A stretch of DNA of 46,745 nt, from the NCBI RefSeq assembly GCF_000181795.1, contig NW_003526941.1, positions 9,692,353 through 9,739,097 of the forward strand. Direction: 5' to 3'. Below are positions 14,224 to 26,800 of the stretch, piece by piece (within the stretch, counting starts at the first letter, position 1; every line of letters starts with the position of its first letter). Made by a program: the position numbers and the translations under genes. The notes under the pieces are model-generated. The model had not been told where the DNA came from. It worked only from the letters and a program-made list of their open reading frames with translations, and searched no databases. Origin of the DNA: Trichinella spiralis (taxonomy: Eukaryota).

Positions 14224-15353
14224 ATAATTATTAAAATACTTTGTCAACAATTTATTAATTTAATTTATTAATCAAAAAAAATATTTTGAAATGAACAATA
14301 AACTAAAAAAATCTAAAAAGGAAATGCGCTCACTATTAATTTTGAAGCAACAAAAACATGCTTAATATAATTTTAATAAATAAATTAGAATTATTTTTGC
14401 GGATTAACATTTTTCTATCCTTAAATCTTATCGACTAAAATCAAGTAAATGGATAAAACAAACATTTGGAAAAATTAATTTTGCTGTTTTGTTTAAAATA
14501 TGAAATATTATTATGAAAAAAAAACAAATAAACAATGAGCAATGCCAGATAAAAGGTATGATAATAATAATAGCAGCATAGTAAAAGTAAAAAGCACTGC
14601 ATATTTAAACACACACACACATATACATATATGTGAAGCTAAAAGTGGATAGAAATAGGAAAATATTCGTTCATGTTGACTCGCCTTCCGTTCCTAATTG
14701 CAGTACTCTATGCTTCTTTATTTTTCTTTATATATCTTTACTCTATTTGGCAAGAGTTTTCTTGCTAAAGCATTTTGCAAAGAGCAATCGAACGCATTGA
14801 TCCGTAAGTATGTGCGTCAGCTTTTCAAATTCGTCTGCAAGATTAGTCGGTCAACGATTGTCACTCGATCTCTTTAGCCAAAGGCTAACTACTATTATTA
14901 ATACTGCTACCTCAAAAGAAGTAGAAGAAGAAGAACAACAACAAGAACAAAATACGGCTAACTACAAACATTTTGTATTTTTTACTGGATTAATATTACC
15001 AGTACTAAATAAAATACCAACTACTACTGGTTCAACATCACGGTTAGTAGTGATAATGTTTCTCCATTAATATATTTATTCAAGCTTTTTGGTGATGATG
15101 CTCAAAATTCTCTCGACCAATGTCATTAACCGATTGGCAACCAATCAACAACGTTACCAATAGTAAAAATTATGCTCAACAGAGGACGCGTCTGCAGTAA
15201 AACTAACGTCAACCAAGCAATAAGAAAATAATGACGGCTTGACAACACCCTTTCAGCAAGCCGGTCACATCGTGAGTAATAAAAGTATTAAAAAAACAAA
15301 ATAAAATAAAAAATATATTATTATTATTATTATTAAATTTGAATACTGATCCA

Positions 15354-17412
15354 ATGACAATATTGATCACGTTGATTTATTATTCTTATTGCTGTTGGAC
15401 GTTACTGTTGGAGATGAGCCAAGCAACTGTCGGCACGACAGCGTCGGATAAAAAAATTGTTCAAACAAGTTTTGGAAAATTACGCGGTCGTATTGTTCAT
15501 CTGCATCAGTACGGCTTGCCTTCTGTGGAACAATACCTCGGGGTGCCTTATGGGACGTCGCCTACCGGAAGTCGACGTTTCATGATGCCTCAGACGGCCG
15601 CCAAATGGACCAACACAATTAAAGATGCTACACAACTTCCACCGAATTGTATTCAACTTTGGTCGAATAATAAAGCGCTGAAAAGTCATGCTCAAGGAAA
15701 AATAAAACGTTTCATGCCTATGTTGAAAAATCAACAAGAAGACTGCTTGTTCATGAATTTCTACATCCCAACTTCATCTCAAAGTAAGTAATATAATAAT
15801 TTTTCTATTAATAATATTATTACAAAAATATGCATATATACATATGAGTTTGGGTGTGTATGTGTTGGTTGATTAGTTGATTAGTGTGATGATGATGATG
15901 ATGATGATTGTGGTGGTGGTGGTGGTGGTTCAATTTTGCTTTGTCAACGTCAATGCCTGGGTGCGAGACCCGGCAATTGAGAGAAATTGCAGCTGCGTCG
16001 ATGTGATGACGTGAAGCGTCTCAAAATATGTAAGCTCATATTGAGCAGCCGTCAATCACAACAACAACAACAACAACAAGATGGTTGCTTTGACTGGGAA
16101 AACTTTTCTCAGCTTACACGACGACGTTCAGCTCATGCTTGTCTGTCGTGTACTTTCATATGTATTAATTTTTTTTTGAATTTTAAATAGAGATTAAAAA
16201 GAAAAATAAAATAATCAACACTGCATATATTCAACAGATTAATTTAAATGGGAGATTTTGAAAATTTTTAAAATAGACAATAAATGATGGCGGTGGTGAT
16301 GAACGTTGGACAAACAATCGTTACCAATCACCACTTTAACGACGACCAAAAATTCGACTCGTTAACCTCATTTCTCTCGGCTGTCAACACTTCTCGCCCT
16401 GGGAGAGTTGTTCCCTTTCTGCGGCTTCAATAAGCCACCCACGTGGATATTTAGAGTCCATTGAAAAATTACACTACTACCTCTGGGGGATGTGAAGAAA
16501 TTCTTCATCCGGATCTCGTAAACCATGCTCACATTTTATTTTCATTTTACACAATTTCACAAATTTGCATGAAATAAAGGAAATGAAAAAACAAAAAAGA
16601 AATTCTCTTTCAAAAATTAATCCCATACCAATACATACTGTTCATCATCATCACTATCATTTATTATTTAGTATACATGTAACATTTTCTGTTAATAATT
16701 AATATGCACAATTTGGATCTGATAAATCAAACGGTGAACATTTATATTACTTCACTCTTTTTCATTCTCATTAATCAAAAATAAAATAAATTGAAAATTG
16801 CCTACATGAATATTCATTAAATTTTTCACCGCCTCGTTGAGTGATGATGATCAATAGCAAAGTGCTTTGTATTTTTATTTTGTAGAATGAAATTTTTAAT
16901 TTCAACGGTCCCACCACTGAATTATCCAATCAATCTGCACAATTCAAATTATACATTCATAAATATCTGTGCAATATGTAATACGAGTATATGTAAGTTT
17001 ATAATTATGTTATTTATTAAACATGTGAATGTAATTTAAGTCAAAAAAAGAATTCCTTTTCAAAAGTAATTAGTGGTAATAATTTCAGTATAAAATGTTA
17101 TCATTTTCTGTTTATTGGTTAACTTTTTGCAAGAAGATGGATAAGCACAACTGTCACACTTGTTCAACGATGAAGTTGAAAGCAATTATTATTATAAGCT
17201 ATGCTATAACAAAGTTTCCTCGACGAAACAACAAAATATTTTCATCGAATGATTCAATTTACATATTTTTTGCTTTTGTTTTCCAGTATGATTATTATTT
17301 ATCAAAAATGTATACATAAAATTCAGTTACACTATAACAAGAGAAAAAGTAAAAAGTAAACAAAAGCTTTATCAGAAAGAATATCACTTGAAATTCATCG
17401 TTGATCATCATT

Positions 17413-17444
<32 letters not shown>

Positions 17445-20400
17445 ATTAAACCAACACCATAAGTAATTATGAGGAAATAAATAATAAAAGGAGAAAATAT
17501 TTCAGAAATGAAAAGTCGAATAAAGCTTTTATGAGATGAAAATGAATATAAAAATTACAAGTTGAAAAGTGAAAACCGATCAATTGCACCATTATTAAAG
17601 GCGCAGCGTTGCAAAGCAAGCAAGCATGATCAGTTTCAAGAATGATCAGTTTTCTCTTTTTATTCTCTCAACGTCTTTTGTTCAACTGTTGCTGCAAATT
17701 TTCACGCGAAAATAATTCTGAAAAGCTTACTGCACGTCAACTTTTAATCTAAGCAAAACACCCACCAAATATCCATTAATTAAAGCAATTCAAAAAGTTA
17801 CTAATAATCATGATTTATTAATTAATAATCACCAGTTTCTATAATAAATAATTCCTCCAATTAATTTTTCAACTTTTATTGAATTTGAATATGAAATTTT
17901 TTTCTGTTTGCGAATACTAATAAATAATGTTTGTTGAGGGAGATTTGTTAGATATGGTGGTTCCTCTATTTTCTGCGATTAGCGCTGCATAGCGGTTGAT
18001 CGATTCTACAAGCCGCAATTAGATGCAGAATACCACCAATCTTCTTCACTAGCATTCTGTTAACCGACAACAATTTATTTGTGTGATGTGAAATAAAAAT
18101 TTCAATTTTATCAATTTATCTCTTATAAATATATTAAAATTAATAATTGAAATTAATACAAACCAAAAATAATGCACGCAGAAGAAGCAGATGTTGGTAG
18201 AGGGGGGAAATACGTTTTTTAAATAAATTTTATCGAAAAAGCCAATGACAAGAAAATTTCCCTCGAACAACTTATTCGAAGCAATCAATCTGTTATCAAA
18301 TTTATCGCTGCACTGGGTTGCTGTTAATCGGATTACAAATGACCGTCAACGCTTTGAAGAGTTTTCCAATTGAAGAACAACAATTCATTTTAGCCTTTGA
18401 TGACCAAAGAATCATTTCATTTCATTTCATATTCACTCTTTTCATTATTTACTTCACTTTACTGTGCTTTCTTTTTTTTGAAATTATCATATTATGTAAA
18501 ATATTCAAAATAATTTAAAACAAACATTAAACTGCTTTGAATTATTCATTGATTTTTCGAAAAATCTTGCTATACTCAAATTTGCATCTTTCCACAAATA
18601 ATATTAATTAAGATATATTATTTACACAACACAAAACTGGACAACACGCATGTACACAAATATATGTATATGCATATGCTTATAGAATCTGAGAAATTCA
18701 CATGCATAATAGAAATAACTAATGATTGAATTGTCATATTTGTTGACGACAAATCAGAACAGTCGCTATTTCATTTCAACTTTATAATTGAATACGACTA
18801 TACACATCTGTTAACCTTTCTCTTATCCATTATGAATCATTGAAAATTATTGACTATTTTTTTTTTCAAAATTATTATTGTAAAATTTTAATTTTATCAT
18901 CGAAATATTATCAGTATTAAATATTATTTTCATTCTTAATTTTTTGGCAATTCCATTGCAGAATGTTTATTACTTTTCCGTAAACTGAGTGTTGAAGTGA
19001 AAATGATTTTTTATTTAAAGTTCGAATCGAAATTTTCTTGTTCATGAAAAAATCGATTTAAATTAATAATTTTAAGTGAATCAAGATAGTTTCCACGTTG
19101 CAAAACATTTGCGGAGAAAAAATTGCATTGATTATGCAAATTGAGTGATCACCGCGTCAGAAAAATTAAATTTTCCAAGAAAATCTAATAACAATAATGA
19201 TAATAATAATGGGGAATAAAAATGAAACATTCTTATCAGTCACGTTCTACTAATAGGTTGTTTTCGCAATTAACAAAAACATGAAAATAAAAAAAACATC
19301 AGATTAAATTGTAATAATGAAAATTTTTAGCTCATATGAACAAAAAATTTCCAGTATTGGTTTTAATACATGGAAATTCGTACAATTGGAATGCAGGCAA
19401 TTTATACGATGCATCAGTACTCGCCGCGTACGGTGAAATTATTGTAGTGACCCTCAACTACAGACTTGGAGCATTCGGTATGCAAATTTAAAAATAAAAT
19501 TAATAAATATTCCCTTGTTTTTAATATTTTTCTTTACAAATTAGGATTTCTCAGCGCCGGTGAACCTTCTTGCAAAGGCAACTGGGCGCTCAGTGATATT
19601 GTCTGCGCTTTGGATGTGCTTCGAGCATTGATAGGGGATTTTGGTGGCGATTCCAAAGCGGTCACTTTGCTCGGCTGGGATACAGGAGCCGCGCTGGTCA
19701 ATTTACTGATGACGTCACCAATATCCGCCCCGGTTGATTCGCGACTTTTCCAACGAGCTATACTGCTCGGCGGATCCGCGTTGAGCAGTTGGTCAACAGT
19801 AACCAATCCGGCAGATTATTTTTACAAATTTGCAGAAAATGTCGGCTGTCCAACATACAAAACAAGTCCATTCACTCAGAAACAAGCACCAGTCCCAACT
19901 GATGTAAAATTTTAAATTGCACACTATTTTTGTTTAAATTAAACAATATATTAAGCGACGATGTTTCAGGTTATTCTAGAATGTATGCGAGGAGAAAGTG
20001 TAGAAAATATTACACGCGCAGCTTCACTGTTGGATGCACCGACATTTTTATCAAACTTTGGGCCAGTTGTAGATGGAATTGTGGTCAACACTGATCCAGC
20101 TTACAATTTAGAACATCACGGAACACTTTTTCAAGAAATTGACCTGCTGGTTGGCATGACAAAGCACGAAGCTTATGAACAATTACCTACAGACAAGTTA
20201 CAATTCGGCTTGGATGTGAATAGCAGAGATGCAATTTACAGAACACTTGTACGTAATCGTTACGAATTTCACCGAACTGAAATATTCAACGCTATCAAAA
20301 GTGAATACAACGACTGGTATAATCCTGGCATGCATCCTATCACTTTACGCGATTCAGTACTTGAAGCTCTGAGTGATGCACTCTATTTGGCACCTGCTAC

Positions 20401-22042
20401 AAAAGTGACAAGACTGCACGCTCGAGGAAAAACGGTAACTTGCTTCGTTGTTCAATTTCCCTTTTCATACAAATAATTATTTATGCATTCAATGCATTAA
20501 ATTATTCTCATTAAATCTATTTCACAGCCAGGAAACATGCAAACTGGCCACAAAGACGGTTCAAAACGAGGAAGTACATATTTCTACTTATTTTCACATG
20601 GAACAAGCGGTCGACCAAGATTTGGATTACGAGAATCCGTACACAACGAAGATCTGCCTTATATACTTGGTCAACCTTTGCTAAACAATCAACAACAATC
20701 CTTAACCGAATACAGTCCATTTGATTTTACCTTCAACAAACAAGAGCGGGTCTTAAGTGAAGTGATAATGCGCTATATTGCAAATTTCGTCAAAACTGGG
20801 TAAATTTTGAAATTATAATTTTGACTTTTTCTTAAATTATTATATTTATATTTAAAAAAAAATGTACTACCCATATAGAAATCCCAACGAAGTACAATGG
20901 AAAAGGATGCTTACAGACGACGTGAAATTCTTAGAAAAATTCAAAAATACATATTGGCCTGAATTCTACACTGATTCCAAGGAAAACTATTTTGAAATAA
21001 GTATTAAATTTTTTTTAAAAACGTTTAAAAAATGAAATTTCTTTTAATAAATAAAATTCGATTCAGAAGCAGAACCGAAAGTTGATTCATTCTATCGCGC
21101 TCATGAAGTTGCATTCTGGGACAATTTTTTGCCATCATTGGAAGAAAATGGAAAATCAGAATCAAATCCTGAACATCACTTATTACCCAGACATTTTGAA
21201 AAGAGCTCTTACTTTGGTATTGTAAAGCCTTACGGTAGTTCTGTGAAAATTCCATTTCCACCACCTCCACTTCCACCAACACCAATGCCAAAAGAGCTGA
21301 CAACTTTGCTCCAGGTAAAAGTGGGCTTTGCCATTAATCGAAAACAAAAACAAACAAATTGTTAATATTAAATTTTCAGCATCAACGAGCACTGCAAGGT
21401 ACACCTCAGCCAAATTTGGTTAGCGATCAATCATCGCTGAATACAGGTGCCCCAAATGCATCTCTTTCCACCAATTACAGTACAATTTTGTCCGTTACAA
21501 TTGCCGTCGGATGTGCCTTATTAATTTTGAACTTGCTCATCTTTGCTGGTATTTATCGACAAAGGGAAAAACAAAAAAGAGCAAAAAGACAAGAAAACAC
21601 CAGTTTGCTTATGCAGGAGACAAGTCCTTACGATCTAGCTGGTTCCTACGGTGGACTAGTAACCCCAGTTAACAGTGGTGCTCTGAGCCGTGATCAAGGT
21701 AGTACCGCTTATGGCGTCTCTTCGGTAGCAATGAACCCAACAAATGCATCACCAGTGAATTCGCCGCCATTTCGAGATGGCGATTTATACGCTTATTCAA
21801 GACCATTCCAGCATTCACAGCAGACTCCAACAAACACCCAAGCATACGCTACAAGTGGATCACATCAACTGATCGTTCCCAACGAAGAGGAAAGTTTGCT
21901 AAATCCCCAAATTCAACATGCACAACAACCAATTATCAGTCCTCTTTGTCCAAGACACGGTAAAGCAGCTGCAGCGGCCGCTGCTGCTGCCGCCGCCGCT
22001 GCTGCTTCCGCCAAACCTCAGCTCGAAGAAATACAAGTGTAA
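15354..22042 (+). CDS. nlg-1: Neuroligin
   Basis: Exons 15354-15783, 19331-19477, 19545-19903, 19970-20434, 20528-20799, 20879-21000, 21067-21314, 21380-22042. Signal peptide, cholinesterase-like domain ([29 protein letters not shown]) with no catalytic Ser (GWDTG), neuroligin [30 protein letters not shown]-terminal PDZ-binding LEEIQV as in nematode NLG-1. Confidence 0.93.
17405..17444 (+). repeat. (CAT)n microsatellite in neuroligin intron 1
   Basis: Direct inspection. Similar CAT/GAT/GGT tracts occur at ~3901-3957 and ~15888-15929. Confidence 0.85.
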
Positions 22043-23844
22043 ATTTATGGAAAATTTTGTTTGTTGAAATCATAAACAACATATTCAACAAAGCACTAAC
22101 TAAACAATCCAACAATTACCTCAGTGAAACACAAAACGCTTAATACGTCCAAAACACACTGCCAATAGAAATTTTTTTAAATCTATTCACTATTTTCGAA
22201 ACAGTTTTAAAATATTTCACAAAGCATTTATTGTATAAATTAAACGATCTATTAAATTCTTTTGTTGATCATCAGTTATTTGAAACTGTATAAAAATTTC
22301 ACAAAGTCATTAACGGTTAAAAATTTACCCCACTCCAAGCTAATAACTTTCCACACAAGGCTAATCAATTATTCATTTATGTTTCGCTGTGAAAAATATT
22401 TTTACCGCATCAACGAAATCTAAATTATTGCTTATTTACAGTCTTAATTAATATTATTTGTAAATTATACGCAGATTAAAACATTAACGTACTAATAGCA
22501 TTCTTTTGAAATATGAAGAGTGAATGCAAACCAACACTAATGGTGTAAATTACAATGTACGAGTATTGTTAAACATCATCCATTGATTGTGATTCATCAT
22601 AGATTTCAAATGAAAATTCAAAATTTACATTAAAAAAACTTTTCTCCTTCTATTCAAAGTATTGCATAACAAAAATAATAATTGATATGAAATCTTTGGA
22701 AAAATAAATAAAAGATCACTTACTGCAATATGATGGCGCATATAAACTGAATCACTTCAACAACTGACACATATGGTAAAGAATTTCTACGTCATTCTTC
22801 TTGCATTTTGCGTAGAAAAATATATCCATATTTTTCAAATTTCACTAAATCAATAGTTCAACTTGAAGCTCACTAATACTATCATTAAATTGATAAAATT
22901 TAAATTAAAAACCTGAACATTTACCAAAACAGATTGCAAAAGTTCACGGTGATATGGAATTAAAATATTACATTGACAGTCCACTACACATGTAATAAAA
23001 TGAAAACCGGTTTCCATTTATTTCCGCGCGCCGAAAACTAAATGAGCAATTACAAAAGTTATGAATACTTGATGACCATTAACTGTAAATGATAAGTATT
23101 GAAACTTAAAATTCTTTCATTTTACGACAAAATTACATTACATAAATGTATCAGTAATTGTAATGTTACATTGAGGAAATTTGAGAATTTTCTTCACTTG
23201 AGTAAATATAATTAATCCATAACCAAATCTCACTTTTTGTGCTTCCTTCTGATTGGTCGACTGTGATTTGTCGATAATGCAAACTTGTCTGAATTGACCT
23301 ACTTCATCATTCTGTGGTCTGCTGTTTGTCTGGGCAGCAGCCAGCTACTCTTTCTTGCATCCAACAAACGCTAATTAGCGATTATTAAATTTAGCGCACT
23401 ATTATTATTTTTTGAATAATTTATTATATCAGTTTATTCTTTTTCTATTTTGAAACAACTTTTGGTAATCTAAACAAAAAAATTAAATGCAGTAAATGAA
23501 AATTTATAAAGTGCCTCAAAAATAAATTTTTCATTTATGTTGAGTTTTACAAATTTAATAAATAAAAATTTTTATGCACTGTACTGTTCATAAAATGTAG
23601 GTATAAAATAAACAGTAGTCACAGTATGCAATAATTGACAAATAGTTCTTGATTTCAATGTTGCTTACTGTAAATTACTGGAATAATTTTTAAAATAAAG
23701 ATGCACCCAGCTACGATTGTCTTTCAAGTTATCAAATATAGACGATTAATTGTTTTTGGTTTGCACTAAGTAATACAAATTTATTGCGTTTCCAACATAT
23801 CTGTAACACAATGAAACTTGTATTTTTATAATTTTTGCTTTTAG

Positions 23845-26800
23845 ATGTATTCATTTGCTAAAATCTACGTATTACGCTTGTATTTGTTTTCCATTATTCA
23901 ATATTTTTCTTTTACATGTTCGCAAAATGAGGTGAGTTGTAGCAGTGCGCTAATTTATTGAACTGGATAATCAATATGAAATTATTCATCAGGGAAACTT
24001 TGATCTGTTTCATACAGAAAGTACAACTGATAAAGTCACAACTGAATTACCTAATGATGCCTATGTAAACATACAACTTGGTCGAATAATTGGGAAGAAA
24101 GTGACAATAAAAGATGTTCCTTGGACAAGCGATAGAGAATCTCATGAACAGATCCCTGTGGATCAAAAAGTACGAGAACCCTACCCAATCGATCCAAAAA
24201 ACACTGTTACGGTATTCACTTTTCTCGGCATTCCATATGCTCAGAAGCCAGTTGGTACGCTCAGGTTCAAAGTGAGAAATTAAATTTTAATGTTTTTTAA
24301 TTAATTGTAAATATTTTATTTTGAAATATTAAGTGCTAAATATTTTTAGCGCCTAAGCTGTATTATTTATTTAATTTTGTGTTTAACGGAAATTATACTG
24401 ATTATTTTATGTTCAGCTTAGTTCTTTTAATTAAATTCATTTTAAAAGAGTTGATTTTTTTATAGCCCCCTCAACAATTACCTCGATTTGAAGAAGAAAC
24501 AATTTATGCGAATAAATTTGGCCCTTCCTGTCCTCAAGATATTAACGCTCGGCCAACCTTAAATTTTAGAGAACCGACGGAACATCGTGTGGATGAAGAT
24601 TGTTTATATTTAAACATATTTACGCCACAGGTATTTATTTTAATTTTCAGTTTATTTATGGAATTAATTTATGCTCACCTTAGATAAGTCGCAGTGTTTC
24701 AACGAAATATCCTGTCATTGTTTTTTTTCATGGTGGTGGATTTCAAGTGGGCACTTCAAGTGATTGGCCAGGTCACATTCTGGCGAGCAAAGGTTTAGTT
24801 GTTGTCACTGCTAATTATCGTTTAGGACCTTTCGGTATGAGACATTTGTATGAAATTCTTTTATAGTTTTGTCTATTATTATTTTGTATTCTAGGTTTTA
24901 TAAGTCTTGGTGATAAGCATACTGGAAACTATGGTTTGATGGACCAAAATTTAGTGTTGAAGTGGGTGCAGAATTATATTTTTGCTTTTAATGGTAACCA
25001 AGATCAAGTTACAATAGTAGGACATGGTTCAGGGGCGGTAAGTGCTGGACTTCACATGCTTTCATATGGATCAGAAGGTTTTGAAATTTATTTTTCTTTT
25101 ACTGCAAATAATTATGTTATTAGATTTTTATATTAAGGATTGTTTCACAGTGTGGCTGCTATGAGTGGCTCCGAGTTGTCCTATCATCAAGTCATTACCA
25201 ACACAATGTTGGCATATAATAATACTGTAAAGCTCGGGAGACAGGTGGGATGTACGCAGCAAGTTGGAGCAGATATTTGGGATTGTCTTCTTACACGGTC
25301 ACCGAATGATATAATCGAAGGTGTTCAAAATATGTTGGTAAGAATATTTATAACATTTTCTGTTAATTTATTTAATTTATATTGTTCAAATAATGCATGC
25401 TGTTGTTGAACAATTTGTAAACCATATTAACAAAAAATTTGTGATGTTATTACCGTACATTACTATTATTCGAATAACTACAGTTGCAGCTAACCGCATT
25501 TAAATCTGATTTTATTAAAATGCAAAGTTTATTTTATATATTGTGAAATTTTTTTATTCTGTATAATTTGATTGTTGAATTAATTAGTATCTTTGGTAGG
25601 CATTTACATTTTCATTTAATTTGCACATTATACATAAAATTATGTAAAACTGAACAAGAAAACAACACTAAATTTGAAATAAACTATAAATAAATTTGAA
25701 ATTTAAAATAAACATGAAAAATATATACGTATCTGTTTGTTGAGAATGAAATTTCCCCTCTGCAGCGCATTTTATTTATTTTATAATGTATTATTATATA
25801 ATTATTTACATTACAAAAGATATAAAAATGTAAAAAAGCAATACAGCGTTTATTATATTTGATATTAGGTCGAATTCAATCGTTATGCTTTTCTGCCTGT
25901 TATTGATGGGAATTTTTTGCGCGAATCACCTGAGGTACTTTTAAAACGTAAAGAAGTGTTATCACCAGTGCCTTATTTGACTGGCGTGAATCGGAACGAT
26001 GGGATAGAAGTGCTTTGTGAGTTTATTACCTTTTTGAATTTATACTTTTCGCCGTGAATGATGCTTTGATTATGTTGTTCAGTATCCGAAAGAGATTTGG
26101 CTAGGGTGAATTTTATAATTGATCGTCCTTTCCTTGAATATAAAATAATGGATTTTGTTTTGAAAAAAAATTTCACAACTAACCGAGAAGCAGCTTTGCA
26201 AGCAATCAAGCATTTATACACATTTTGGCCTGACTTGCAAAATAATGACAAAACACGCGAAGAATTTATTCATGTATGTGGAGTATATTTTTCAGAATTC
26301 AGTTTTATTATTTATATATTATTAATTTATTTCAGTTTGCCAGTGATGCATATTACGTGGCACCAGTAAGTAAATCAGCCCAGTTGCACTCGGAATCGGG
26401 TAGCATTGTGTACATGTATGTGAATAATTATAATTTTTCAACTGGTGCGCCGAATGGTGAACGCTTTTTCCCTGCTTGGATGGGCGTCTGCCATGACTGT
26501 GATCTTTATCTGTTGTTCGGTTTTCCCTGGATGCCGAAAGAATTTCTGCCCCAAAATTTACGTTCCGTTCTTTGGACTGACACGGACAAAAACGTCAGCG
26601 ACACATTCATGTCCATGTGGAAGCAGTTTGCTCGTAGAAAGTAAATTTTTTAAATTCATCTCTTTAATTTATTACATTTCCTCTATATACTGTGGTGTGA
26701 TGATTTTTTCTGATGTTTATATTTTAAGCAATCCAAATTTGTTGCGAGAAAATATTTGGATCAATTATGGTCCACGCGATCGCTACTATTTGAGCATTAA

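Noticed and set aside
14810..15070. 86 aa ORF upstream of nlg-1
   Set aside because: Low complexity from GAA/CAA repeats; more likely promoter or 5' UTR sequence.
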